Source: Obrimoposthia wandeli
Taxonomy: Eukaryota
Direction: 5' to 3'
Assembly (NCBI GenBank): GCA_977020255.1
Contig: CDROCS010001621.1
Span: 124,001 to 188,000, forward strand
Length of the DNA stretch: 64,000 nucleotides
Shown: positions 1-14,330 of the stretch, one piece after another
Layout: each line of letters starts with the position of its first letter
How positions within the stretch are numbered: the first letter of the stretch is position 1
Made by a program: the position numbers and the translations under genes
Notes under the pieces: model-generated
What the model was told of the DNA's origin: nothing
Database searches by the model: none
Seen by the model: only the letters and a program-made list of their open reading frames with translations

Positions 1-1539
1 TCTTGAAGAATATTTTTTAATATGTATAAAATAATGACACTTAATTAAAAAGGTATTTGTAATTGTTATTATTGTTTTTTGAACATTAATGGCAATCTCT
101 TAATAAGCCAATAATTTGTTTAGTCTCTTCTACTGAAGCGGTTTCCACATGCAGCTTTTCGAATATGATATTTTTTCTTTTTTCCACCAATTTATTCTCT
201 TCATATCTCAGCTTTCTGCAGTACATTATCGCTACACCATACAAAAGAACTTAATCAATGAATCATCAACAATTTCAGAATTGAGAACTTTCACATCATG
301 TATTTCACTAGAAATTAAGCTAGAATCATATGTAACTGGGTAATGTTATTTGCTGTTTTTCTACAGAAATCAGATACAGCCTGGCGTGCAACTTTTTCTT
401 TTATCTGCAATATTTGTTCCGCTTTAAAACAATTTTATTGTTTCAAAGTTTTATTTTGAAATTCATATTAGTGAGATAAACCGTAAATTTGTAATATTTG
501 AAAGGCACAATTTTAAAAATACCGATAAAAGCGAATTCTTTTGTAGTTTGTTGTTTGGAAATATATATCGATAACTTGCTTACGAAGGCTCATAATAATA
601 ATTGTACTTACAACTTTAGATGTGTATAAGGGAGGTTTATACAGGTCTTTCATATAAAATCTAACTCCCGTGCAAAAGTCAGCTGGAATCTTTCATTGAC
701 TAATCTTGATTCTATGGAATAATTTACGTTTCCATCAAAAGTAAGCCTGGAAAAATTTCCTTTAAAATATAAGGTTTTTAATTTCTGAAAATAATTGAAC
801 CCTTCATCAAATTTACATTCCCTCATATTTTAAATTTTAACATTTAAGAAATAATTTAATGGTTTTGTGTAACTTTCAATGTTTATTGTTTATTTAACTT
901 TATTTAGAAATATTTACAAATACATTTGTTTTTTAAAATATTAAGATAACAAAAGTTTGTAAAACTCCCATTGGGATGTGTTAGGTGTGTTCTCGATTGG
1001 AATTTGTTTTTTGCCGTTTCTATTTAGTACATTCAGGCTAATCTCCGAATTGAGCTCCTTCTGAAAAAATCCTGATGTCTTATACATATACCGAATAATT
1101 ATTAAAAGTGCAAAAAGGAAATGTCTGATGTATCTAAAAGTTCATTTGAAAATAACTTAGTCACAATAAATTAGACCCAGTACAAAAACTAAATTTTCAT
1201 TGACAAGGTTACATTAAAATGTCAAAAATTTCAAAGGTCGAAAATTGAAAATAAGAACAATACTTATTCGAAACGTGCAAAAAGAAAGAGAACTTCGTGT
1301 TCTTGCGAAAGCTTCGATCAAAGAAAGTAAATTAAATCTTAATGGTAAGCACAAGGGTTTAAACAAAAACAATGTTTAAGAAATTTGCTTTAAAAAACCT
1401 CACCCGTAAATGTATTTTATTATTTCATTATTATTGCACAATATAACAAAAACAAAAATAAACTAAATATTATATTATTCAATATTTATTATGTTAATAG
1501 TTTTGACTATTATTTATTGTTTAAATTTTTTGTTTCGAG

Positions 1540-2420
1540 CTCTAACGCGTATTTGTCTAATGGTTGCTAATGCTCTCTCAGCAACTTTGTTTGTCTCGCT
1601 AACATTTAATTTGTGTCGTCGCATGTATTGGTGTTTATAAAAAAAGGTACAACATCTTGTTTCATTTTGTCAATGAAAGAGACCCCTACAATTCCAATGC
1701 TTTTCCATAATGAGATCCGTTGATCCATAAATTCATCAGCGCATAAATTATAAAATTACAACAATCTGATATACCCTTTATAATAAAATTAGTGCAATGA
1801 TTCATACCACGTTCAAGTAAAGACACATTTAAAGACAAAACGCTCTTGAATTCCATCTAGCTTCATGACTACTTCCTATCTTCCGAAATAAGATTAAAGT
1901 TTTTTTTATAAGTGTAAAAAATACTCAAAGTTTCAAGTTCCTTGTAATCATGTCGCGACCAGTCTTGACAGTTTTGAATTATATTATCAACACGTAAAAA
2001 TCTTTAATCAATTTCTCATTATCTGACGTTAATTCACTTGTAAAATCATAGTTAATAAATGCTGATATCGAAGTTCCTTCTAATTTTATATTCAGGTATA
2101 ATTTTAATAATCTATTAAGAATATTTTTCATAAAACTGAAAAACGAAATGTCTTTATTAAGTGTTTTGTTATCTTTTTGCATACCCCATTTTAATATCTG
2201 TGTTAACATTGCAAGTATCAGTTCTACGATTTTAATATTGTTTGAGATATTAAACGTGGTTATTGTTTCTATGGTATATTTTGAAATAGTGTTGGCCTTT
2301 CCATCTTCAAGAAATTATATTGGTAGTTATGTGCTTCTTTCGTCATATTGTATACATACCACTAACAATTCTATAGATTTACCCACATGATCCTTTCCTT
2401 TATCATCATAACTCACCGAA
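1540..2420 (-). mobile_element. Degenerate DNA transposase remnant (family with FDTTxxNTG / HxARW / NDxAERG motifs, often annotated Cc8K15.2-like)
   Basis: Minus-strand frames give TDTCNVNT (~2200-2240), GSSHEARWNSRA (~1830-1880) and NKVAERAL (~1570-1600) in the expected order, with frameshifts. Confidence 0.5.
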
Positions 2421-4579
2421 TTACACCACACAAACTTTGTACTTTGATCTTTTTTTACTCTGAAACTGCGATAATCCACTGCAACTTGAAAATTGATATT
2501 TGAACTTTGTGAATTTATATTATAACAATATATTTTTATTTTATCCATTTTATTTGAAACAAAACCTTTGTCACTTTTGATTTCTCTTTATCTTTGATAT
2601 TATTTTTACGAGCAAAATCTTTTTTAAATTAAATTCAATTTTGTCCGAACCTTATTGAGCACTCTCATTTACGATAAACAATACGATAAGTATAGAGAAT
2701 CGTGAAAATACAGAATATATTAAATCAAAGGCTGCCATTACTGATGCTCAATAAGATAATAAAATGTAATAATATTTTAATATTTACGACAAATCAAAAA
2801 GGTAACAAAGATATGCAATACAAAGAGTAAATTTTTTGTGCAACAAATACAGAATAGAGCAAAACAACCTGCAATGCAATGAAATATACAAATTTCTGAG
2901 AGATTAAAATGAATTTGAGAAATGTATTTCAATTCAAATCATTTTGGAAAAAGTGACAAAATAATGTAAGGATATTTAATAAATGTTAAGTATCATAAAT
3001 TATGTATATTTATTTGTTTGTTATGAAATCAGTTAAGTGCAATATTACTGATGCAAATTCTTTGTCAGGATCGTTTGAAATTTAATTAATTAACTTATAT
3101 TGAATTGTCAATGTTTCATCACTTGCCATCAGAAATGTGGGAATTTGACGTACAAATAAAAGTCAAATTGAATGAAAGAAAGAAGATTAGAATGACTTAA
3201 TTAATTATAAAAAAGTAAAAGTTTATAACATTATAGATAAATTTCTTTAATTTATATGTATAATTCATTTTTACTAAAGTTGATACGACAGCCTAATAAC
3301 AAATTAAAATCTCAAAATTATTCTAAAATATAAAAGCTTTTTTCAATTTTGTCAAAAATTTAATATTAATAAAAAAAGTGATAAATTATGCATACTAAAA
3401 ACCTTACATTTTTATATACCAGCAATTTGCTAAAAGCAAAAGTATAATTTTATAGAAGAATGACTATATTTTTTGTGCATTTATGCTTTATGCACGATTT
3501 ATATCATTAAACGTAAATTAAATATCAATATATATTTTTTAAATGTTTTTTATTTTAAAATATTATTTTATAATGAATAACAAACAAAGAAAAAGTAAAT
3601 ATTTTTAAGCTCTTTTTAGCTTTGAGATATTCAACAAACTACAAATAGTTATATGTCAAATTTTCAATTTGTTGATTAAACTTCAACACAAAAACTGTCT
3701 ATATCAAATGTATTATTACGTTTGAAAATACTTTATTTCCGATTTGACAGTGAAAAAACACTCGCGATAATATTATTTTATTTCCATAATATTTCGATAT
3801 TTCAAGGTTGTTTTCCCAATTTTCTGATTTCCCAAATTTTTGGTTGAAAGTTTTAAGTTAGTTTTATGCGAATTATATATTGTAATTGGAAAATACTTTT
3901 TTAAAAATTTTGGGAGAAATAAATTAAAACTTGATTTGTTAAGAAACCTTCAGTCATGTTTTTGAAATGGTTTTTAAGTTATCTTTTGTTTCCTGTGTGA
4001 GCTTTGAGATTTAATATATACATTTATTGAAATAAATAAAAATATGAGAAAATGAATTTTAATTTACTTTTTTAGATACTGAAGGAAATAAGTTATCGAA
4101 AAAACGCATCTAGATCATTTTTTGATTTCAATTACTTTTTCGAATACTAATTTACCTTTATAAATTTCTTTTGTTTAACTTTGGATCATTTAAATTTAAC
4201 ATTATTTGTCTCCTAAATGTAAATTTTAAAATATTTTATGTAGGAAATTATTTCTAAAATAATTAAAGATTTTCACATTTAATGTGACATTTATGCAGCC
4301 AGAGCTGAATCTTGACATTAACGGGTCCATACAATTTTACGTCTCTCCTTGTTCTTTATTATTTTGTGGCTTCTAATGAACACCTGCCATGGTCGATAAG
4401 AATATTGTCCTAGTTGGACTTTCAAACGGTGAGACCAAATTTCCGAAATTTCTCAATTTTCATTGTATTATTCAGTGGGAACATTTCGTTGAAAAGTATT
4501 TTAAATATAAGTTACTATTCAACTGAAAATACATTGCTTAACTTAAAACATTATAATAAAAATATTTTGAAGAAAAAGG

Positions 4580-5260
4580 TAAAATGTGTTCTTATGATAC
4601 TTTTAGATTTATCTGCAACATTTGACACGGTTAATCATGAAATATTATTAAAATATTTGGAAAATATGGGAATCAATAAAAGGAGCTGAATTTGTTTAAA
4701 CGTTATTTAATTTTTACTTTTTTGATTTATCCCTTGTTAAAAGTAGCAATTATTTGTTTCAATCTTTATGCTGATGATACACAATTTTAGATTGATTTTG
4801 ATTTTAATAACGCTGCAAATCTGATTAATGAAATAGCTATATGTATAAAATCATCACAATTAAAGTTGAAGCTCGGGCTGTATTATTTAGATCTAAGAAT
4901 ATTATAAATCGTACTAAAGAAAAAATAAGTTTCATAACTCTTGGCGAAAATCTTATTGTTAATTTAAAAATTAATTCGATATAAATATAAATATTTTAAT
5001 TAACTGTCTAATAATAAAGTGATAAGAACCGCTATATCACAAAGATTTATTTTATAAGAAAATTTCTAAATTATGAGATAATTTCAATGCTAATGCAAGT
5101 GACTATTACTTCAAGACTTCATTTTCAAAATTATTTCCTTTTTAATATTTAGCTTATCAATTAAATATTCTGCAAAGCAATTTAAACAAAGTTCTCCGAA
5201 TTATATCTACATTAAAGAAAATCGCTATTACAAGTGAATAATTAATGAAGTTCCATTGGC
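4580..5260 (+). mobile_element. Decayed non-LTR retrotransposon reverse transcriptase (L2/CR1-like)
   Basis: LDLSATFDTVNHEILL motif, then LYADDTQF (YADD at 4767-4778), then IRKFLNYEII...TSR; frameshifts and deletions. Confidence 0.75.
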
Positions 5261-8200
5261 TACTGATCAATGCCAGAATTGAATCCTAAACACTACATAT
5301 TATCAAAAAAATCCATCTTTCACAGAATCACACAATATGTATATGATCGTCTCGAGATTGGTGCAGTGAGCATGTATATGCATCTTAGGAGCAAAGACGT
5401 TGACTACAGATTTGTTACGAAATTCTCAAATAACAATCAAATTTATAGGAAATTTGAAATCTACCAATTAATATAAATAACTTTAACACTGTTCGAAAAT
5501 TCAATAAGTAGCTGAAGACTTTTATTTTCAGTTACAAATATAGATTTATTAAATATGGTCTTGTTTTTATGTTTCAACTAAAACATACGTTTACCAGTGC
5601 ATAATTTGAACAAATATTTTTGACTGGTCTTTTGTGCGTTTCAATATCTGTTGTTGAGTGCAAGACTTGCCAATTTTTATTGGACTTCATTTCAAGTCGT
5701 CTCAACTAAATTGGAGCAGTAAATCAAATATCGGTACATTGAAAAAACTGAAACTTCTGTTAGACCAAATTTATAAAATGATTAAATTTTTATTATTTTA
5801 AAAGCTTTGTTTTCAAAATAGCCACAATTTTCATTTTATTTGTACATAATTGAGTAAGTTTTCACTTTTTATATGGCTATGTTTAATGAAATGTAAAATT
5901 GAGCCAAGTAGACCAATTTATGTAAAACTAAAAAAATCTACACTACAAATCTTTACACCTATATAAACATGCATCAAACCCTAACTGGTGCTCATCTAAT
6001 TTAAATGACTTAATTTAACAATAGTTGCCCAAATATTTAAACGTTTTTAATACAGTTCAACAAAAAAACCCAATAAGTCAGAAAATAATTTAAACATCCT
6101 GTTCTTTTATTTTTATTTATGTTAGAGCTTCAAAACTGGAGGACCTATGGGCTACATTCAACACTACTCTATATGCAAACCCATCATTGTAGAGTCTGCA
6201 TGTAAACATCACTATTAAAATAGAATATAGTTGTAAATATGTAAAGATATCGACATAAACAATTTTTGTTGTTACTTAAATTATTTTTAAGCCAAAGGCA
6301 ATGCAGCTCTCATCAAGTGAGTACTTCTTGTCCAAGTTCTTTATCGAAGAGAAAATTAGCAAACTTTTGCATACTCGGCTTTACACCACGTTGATCTATC
6401 TCCATTCTCTTTTCAATATAGTCATTTGACTTTGAATCATTTTATCAGCAAATCCCATACCGTTCATTTAGTCAACATCTGTTATTGTTTGTTATCTTTC
6501 TTGGTGAAGAAATTATTATATGATGGAATAAAATCTTGTATACGCTTGAGTTAGGTAGGCAGTAATCTTCCAAATGTCAGACAAAGTAGCTATTCTTACA
6601 CGAGGATTCTACATGCGTACTTTTGAATTCCTCGAAGTCAAATCAGTTAAATCAATAAAAAATTTATAATAACCATAAAATATTTTAAATAGTTTGGGAC
6701 TACCCAAAATGTCGGCCAATAAATATTATTATTAAAAATATATAAGAAAATATATCTAATGTATTTAATTTAACTAAATTTTAAAGGATTTCAAATTGAT
6801 ATAAACTTTATTAAATTCATAATTTATTTTAATATCCATGGAATAATCAAATACCATCAATGCAAAAGAATATGAAAAAGCTATGTTAAACCGAGTTACA
6901 TAAATCCGCACTAAATATATTGATAGACTATAAGGAAAAAAGCTTCGAAAACGAAACATTTGTTGTAAATAGATTCCATTACAAAAATTTAATAACTTTA
7001 AATCAAAGTTTTTTGAGCATAGGAATAATTTTGACCTTTAATTTAAACATAATTAAGAGTAACGATGGTATCTTTAAATAAAAAATTAAAGAAGTAATTA
7101 ACAGGTGTTACATCGGAATTTTCTGCTAAATTAGTACCATCCCGATTTAATTATTTTATTTGAACATAAAGCAAAGTATCATTCAAATCTAAATAATCAT
7201 TATTGGAAACATAATTAATAAGTTCTAAATCGGTTAAAGTGGTTCCTGAAACTGAGTTAACTAAAAATATTTTTTCAAATTAAGCATTATCTACAACTAC
7301 TTTTGGAAGAGGTTTATCAAAAATTAACAATTCAGTTTTGGCACAACTCATTTTGCAAATATTGTTCCTTCAACTTTCTTACGTTTGTTTCTAGAAATAT
7401 TTTGTTTTTGTATACGTTTAAATCATCTTACTTGGCTTTTGCTTGTTTTACATTTTCTTATTAAATTAGCAACTTCTAGTAGAACATTATCAAGTTCATT
7501 AAGTGCATGCTTCTTAAAAGTTGGTATTAACTTATTATCTTTATATGAAAGGTAGTCATTTCCTAATTTTGATATAAATCGTTCAAGTCTCTTCAAAAGA
7601 GGAAAGACAAATCTACCTAATGTTCTAAGTCAACCGGGTCCATATTGTTTACCAAAAAAATTTATGCATAAGCAAAATCGTGTTACTGAATGCAAAAATA
7701 TTTTAAATGAATTCAAGTGACATATTTACAGGGAAAAAATGGTTGTTATAGATGAAAGAGGGTATATGTATTTCAACAGCTTTGGTAAATAGTCCAACTG
7801 ATTGACCTAACGTTTCTGATATGTTTTTAAACAATTGCTGATTCTTACTATTCCAAATCACAATATTATCATGAAGAAATTGGTAAAAGTATGTCAGTTA
7901 AATATGAGATTTACCTTTCATTTTAAAGTAATTTGTGTTCATATTTTAATTAAATATTTTTATGGAAATGAATATGCTTATCTACAACGGGATAATGTTC
8001 ATTCTCGCATTCCAAATGAAGCTCAGCAATGGTCGCATTACAATGAAGTTAAGCTTTCTAAGCAGCATGGGTACTCTTCCGAGTAATAATTTAATAGAGA
8101 GATAATTTTCAAAAGAATTTCATTATTTAAGTAGGTTTAATTTCAGAATTTCGAAGTTTTCAGAAAGAAAATTAATTTCCACAGTCCGAGATCAATTCGA

Positions 8201-9457
8201 GAAGCTGTATGGTTGTATTGTTTGGTTGGACCATCGTATGGAAATGTTTTCAACAATTTAGGTAAATTTCTAAAAATATTGACAAGAAACCATACATTTA
8301 AATGAAAATTTATATAATTCCAATATTTACGTTTTTGCATTGAATTATTATTATTTCATTGATTAAAAAATTTAGTGACTGAAATTATTTTGGCGACTTC
8401 TTTAATTACTGCGTTTCTTATTGAAGTCTAATTAGAAATGGGATAAATCAAATCTATCAAAATCGAATTTACAGACTCTACCTGCGCTATTATGTAATGG
8501 TGGAAACTAGCAGTTGTGAATAATGATGGCTATACTTAATATGTACAAAAATATTCCCGTTTTAGATTTTGAAAATAAACTTATTGCATTTTGTATAGTT
8601 CAGTTCTAAAGAATTGCAGTACTTTCGAAATACTCTTCATTTAGTTCTATAGCCCTGATTAGAATCAGCGATTAAATGTATTTGCTTTAAATTCAGAGTT
8701 TCAAGTTTAGAGTACATATGCAACATAAATAATACTTAAATGCAAAAGCAAAATTGAGAATCTACTAAGATTCTCTAATTTAAATTGCATGCTAACTTTC
8801 ATTTTGAGGCAGTCTTTCACGAGTCACATCAGGAGAATTAATCATTTATAATCAGCATACATAACTGGTTGGTCAATGTATTTCGCTTTCTTTTATTCTG
8901 TATCACTAACCATATTCTACACAGCGTTAGCGACACGGTTCACATTGGAATTATACTTTTTTGAATGAACCCATTTTGTATTTTTTCCATGAGTTGTATT
9001 TTGTTAGAAAAACATTCAAAATTTATCACATAAATTAAATATTAACAAAATATGATGTAATTGTTTGCCATGTATGATTATGCATATATGTATAAATATA
9101 TGTATCACATTAATGAAAGGAACTAATTGTACTAATAGGTATATATTTTATCAAATTAGAATTTTCAAATATTTTCTGTAATCCACATTTATTGAAAATA
9201 TGCAAATATGCCTTTAAAATAATAACAATAGTAATACTGCTATAAAACAAGATTAGACTGAGTACATTCTTCGCCTAACATACATTATAAATAATTTTGA
9301 AAATTTTGAAAGCTCTTTAAATAAAAATATAATATTACAGTTTATGTCAAATTAAATTGATTTGTTTTCAATACTAATATTAGAAAAACTTTACTTGTAA
9401 TTCATATACTTGCATTTTTATATTTAATTCATGTGGTGCACGCACAAATTAGTGAAA

Positions 9458-10290
9458 CAGTAAAATCCCTATATAGCGATTTTTTTCTTATATGACCTTT
9501 AACTTTTGTAGGGATCTATATCTGCACCAAAATTTATCCTCAATAATGACTTTTCTTCAACCCAACATGCGATTAAAGGTTTTACTACATAATGACCTTG
9601 AAATTTTTTTGTCGAAATTTTTACTTGTTAAATAAACTGTTAATTACAAAATCATTTTTTAATAATTATATAAGTTGCAAAGTTGCAAATTCAAATATTT
9701 CTTTTGTTTTAATAAGTATCTTGTTTATTAAATTGTAAATTTTAGGCACCTAAAAGTTTAAAAAATGTGGAAAAGAAAATCTTCAAAGTAAAGTTGTAAC
9801 TCTAGGAGAACGCATCAAAGTTATTCAAAGATCAGAAACGGTCAGATTTGTAATTTGACGTTTATAATATAAAACAGGTGAGAAGGTAATGCACTGCAAA
9901 GTTAATGAAAGTTAGGAAAAATACACTCAAGCACTTATAATAAATAAAGAGGATTTAAATAATCGTTGTAATACCGGTGAAAATATTAATTGAGAATAAA
10001 ATGTATTGGTGAAAAAGTATATACCAAGTGCCGGAAATGGCTTATTGATACACACGAAAAGCACATCCTGGTGTCTTGACCCATGATTCAAGAAAAATCG
10101 TCGGTGATTGTATTAAAGCCGAATAATTCTAATGCTAGTGCAAGCCGATGAAACAACATCCTCACATAACGTCTTTGCAGAGAAAGTACCTATGTTTCAA
10201 CTGAAGTAGTCCATGACAAAGCACAAAGTCTACCTATGATTTGTAAAAAATACTTAAAAGACATAAAATGTTGATGACAAAGATGCTGAT
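9458..10290 (+). mobile_element. Degenerate pogo/Tigger-like DNA transposon
   Basis: TIR-like start CAGTAAAATCCCTATATAGCG; fragments KVVTLGERIKVIQRSE (HTH-like), PMIQEK and LCREST resemble the CENP-B-like transposase N-terminus. Confidence 0.55.
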
Positions 10291-11781
10291 TGTAATCTGT
10301 ATAATATTTCCAAGAATTTTTAAAAAAATTGCACCTTATTCAATTTATGTTTTATTACGATATAATTGTTACTTTTATGAGTTGTAATTTCAAAATATAT
10401 TTTATGTAAAATAGCTCATAGAAAGTAGAAGAATCGATAAAGTAGATTCCCGATAATATTCAATGGACACCAATACATTAATGTAACTTTTGAACCAGTA
10501 TAAAAATTGAAGCGGATTTTGTAAATATCAAAAAATCATTCGAATATCTTGTAAATTTCTGCAAATTCTTTCTGGCCTCAGAGAAAATGAGTATGGAAAC
10601 ATATTTTCATCGGTAAAAAAGTTAATTAACATTTTTTGACTCAATGGGGTCGACTTAATCAACGAGTTTACGAGCTCGGGGCGAAGATTTTATCGATCCT
10701 GACCATTAATTAAAGCGAACTATAAACATCTGTAGATAATGAAAGGAAGCCCATTCATTTCTAATTCGATTTTATCTTGAGATAGCATTTGGAACTGTCA
10801 AAACTTGTCACCATAATTGTATTCAGCAAGATTGAATCAGAGGAGAAAACTTGTCAAATTCTATCTTGGATAAATTGTTAATTAAATGTTTGTGATGTCT
10901 TGCATATTTTACCATCTTTGATATTTGTATCCTTATTTAATTAAAGTAATGTCGTACTTTGTAAAATCTCGACATCGGAAGTTGATATTGATGAGATTAT
11001 TATGAAAAATGATAATACGGATACCGATTATAAAATTATCTTATTAAGGGTCAGTTAAATGACTTAATATGACATTTGAATCTTTCTGAAAGGTAAGCTT
11101 AAATACTGTGCTCACGTTTGCAACAATAGAATCTTTTAGAAACCAGTACACGCGTTTCATGTTTTCGTAACAGATCGTACAAAATAATTAACTATTTAAG
11201 CAAAATAATCTGTTTTTCATGTATGTCAAATCGTTTTTTTGTATATAGAAATGTGTTTTCTGACACATATAACACATATTAGCTTATTATCTGGGTTAAG
11301 CATGCCACATCCACCAATTTTGAAACTTTCGATTGCTTGATTACTTTTTTATTTTATTTTTCACTAATCAAAATGTTAACTGTAAAATTTTATACAATTA
11401 ATATTTATAAAAAATCGATATAATTTCAAATAAAATTTCACTTAAATATATTTAAATAATGTGAAAAATGGATATTGTTATAAATATATCTCATTTTCTA
11501 ATAAAGTTTCACGCGTGCAATAGATTCGTCATCTCTGTTCGACAATTAGGCTTTAAAAATTCTTATTTTTGTTACTTACTTCATCTTAGTTTAAGAAAAA
11601 ATATTATCTTCTTTTCTGTCAAATGAAATATATAACTATTGACCTTCAATATGCAATCGAGAACAAGCTAGACTAAGACTGAGACGGAAGCAGAATTTCT
11701 GCCTACACTGTCAGTGATCAATGAACCGTGCTCAAAGCTCAGTGCAGGAAATAGCTGCTCTGGGGCTTCGGGAATGCATAC

Positions 11782-11904
11782 CTGAGCGTCCAGGAATCCC
11801 ATGTCGAGGCAGTTGAGCCAGAGCGGCAGGATCTCGTGTTGGATCTCCGTATCTGTGGACTTACTGATCAGCACCTTACCATGCCGGATCCAGGCCATGT
11901 ATTG
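11782..11904 (-). CDS. SCYL2: SCYL2-like exon (QYMAWIRHGKVLISK...EILP...FLDAQ), HEAT repeat region
   Basis: Acceptor gtgcag|CAA, donor CAG|gtatgc; 123 nt (41 aa), same length as the recalled SCYL2 segment ILLIFLQKMDLLLTK...SVLP...SIQIQ. Confidence 0.87.
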
Positions 11905-14089
11905 CTGCACAGTTGGTACAACAGAAGATGCTTAGAGCAGTGCAAATATTGGGAGATTCTCCCAAATACCTTGTTTGATGAATGAATACGTGTCAATAGT
12001 CATACATTATTACGAAGACTCTACAAAGACATTTTTAAATAATCAAAAATACAGGTTTGGGCCTAAGTTTCGCTCGTTTCTTTTCTTATCAGATCGTATC
12101 TTGATAAAACAATTTACTGCTCCGTTCAATTCTTCGACCGATACATTTGATTTTTCCCTTCTCCCTTAAATGTTGGTAGGTTTTTAGATATGGCTTTAAG
12201 ATGTTTCTCAGATACAATATTCGACTGGTGTCAAAACTGGGGAGAGAGGTGGATATTTGACCATAACATGTGCTAATGACTCAGTAGGGGTGCTTCGTAA
12301 TGTGGGAAGATAGCTGACAATATGAATCTTTGTTGCCTTAGATATGGCACTGCCACATCATCCAATAGAAAAGTGCTGTTCGGATAGACAACAATAATAC
12401 GAAAAGGTTTAGTTCTAATTTGGAATTTCAACTGAATATAAATCTTTCGCATACCTTTAGCGAATTAATACATATTTGTCCTCGCTTTGCCATCACGGAC
12501 TCAAATATCAAACCAACTAAAATTAGCTTTATCACTCCATACCAAGAATTCCAAAAATCTCTTGTTTTTATAGCTTATTGAGCAAATTGATACGAGAAGT
12601 TCTTTTTATGCACATTTATCTGATATAGAAACCTTTGTAAAACTCGGAATTACGCTTGATTATAATGAGTCTTTGAACTAAACAGAAGTATACAAAGCAT
12701 TTTCAATAATTTCAATGACTTTCATCTTGGTTTTGAAGTATCAAGCAGCGACTTAGTATCTTCAAGTGTATTTATTAATCTTGGATTCGTTGTTTGACTG
12801 ACTGGTCCCGCCTAAATTAGCGCTAAATTGCCATTGACAAAATTGTAAGTAACAAAATGGAATTTTGTAAATTTGATTATTTTAAATCATTTCATATTTT
12901 TATTAAAAAACAATTCATCTACTGGTATTTTTTTCTAAAAGCTTTTTTAGACATTTTTGATTGAGTTTAATACAAATGTAATACGATTTAATATGCTTGT
13001 CTGGTATGCCAAAAATGACAATATGAAATGAATTTATATTAAAACTTTTCAAACGTCGGTATGAAACTGTTTTGTTGTTGCAGATTCATAATATTTTCAA
13101 ATTCTTTTTAATCTTGTAATAATATTTTTAATACATTTCTCCTGTTATATTCCCAAACTCGTTTAGGCAATCATTTTCTTAAAACAAGTTAATTTGTTAT
13201 AACGCTAAATATTTGTTTTCCACCATCTGTAAATTAATTCAAATAATACTTGTATTTTCAAATTCTCTTTTAATTCATTGTAAAATATATCAAAATATTT
13301 ATTTGGTTAAAATAACATTTAAAATAAATTTAGAACAAAAACGTATAATATTAAATTAAAATAATATTAATTTACAACATTTGTTGAGCTTCACTATTGA
13401 TCTTATTCATGAATCTTCTTGAAGAAACAGTCACGAGAAATAGTTAATTTTCCATTACCCTTTTCCGTAATGAATTTCAAAAGTCGTCCCTAAATAAATC
13501 ATAAGTCAGTGAGACTTTAAGAAAAAATTGGAGCAAAGATTAAATGACTGTTACCATCACCGGAAAAGTGCGATGCATTATAAAATGAAGGGATTATTGA
13601 ATTACAATTTTTTTCGTTAATGCGATTGTTGTTGTTTTTGAAGAAATAGGGCAGATTACAAATATAAACAAAATTAAATAAAAATGGCTTGAAAAATTAT
13701 ATTAAAAATAATTTAGATCTTTATATATTGAAATAGTGTGTAAAAATATTTGTCGCAAATTAACAAGTCACATCTTGACTTTATTTACTGAAAATGAATA
13801 ATTTTGAAATTATATTTGGTAAAATTTTCAAAATGCTGCTTCAATTCTAATTTGGGGTAACAATTAAAATTGTTATAGCTTCTTTTAAAGTTATTGGCAT
13901 TGATTAAGTGAAAGGCAATTGCTTTGTTTGATTTGTTGAATTGTTTGATGCGATCATCTAGGTTTTATCAGAAATTTTATTGTCTGTATCTCTTATTGAT
14001 ATCTAGAAGGTTATGGCAAGAAAGGTTAGTGATACCAATACAGCAACTCGAGTTCTTACTCGTATTTATGAAAGCATTTAAAAGTAATA

Positions 14090-14330
14090 TTTCTCGCCTT
14101 TCCAACAACCTGCTTATAAGAATGTAGCTTTAGTCACATAAGAGCACAGTTATCAAAAAGTAGAAGCCAACTGGATATTACTGATCTACGGTTGAAGCTG
14201 ATTTCTCTAAAGCCTAATATTTCTGTATTAGCCTTGCCGCATAAATCAAAAGGTCCTCATTAGGCTGTTTGAACAAATATGTGTTAAACAGGTTCGTATT
14301 TGTGTGTGAGTGTGCATTTCGAAAAAGTTA
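14090..14330 (+). mobile_element. CR1-like reverse transcriptase fragment
   Basis: VEADFSKA* near 14190-14220 resembles the xDFSKAFD motif; heavily decayed. Confidence 0.35.

Noticed and set aside
1-11667. Further downstream SCYL2 exons
   Set aside because: Candidate AG-flanked segments near 280-405 and 960-1060 do not resemble the expected next HEAT segment; the next exon is probably outside the window or unrecognised.
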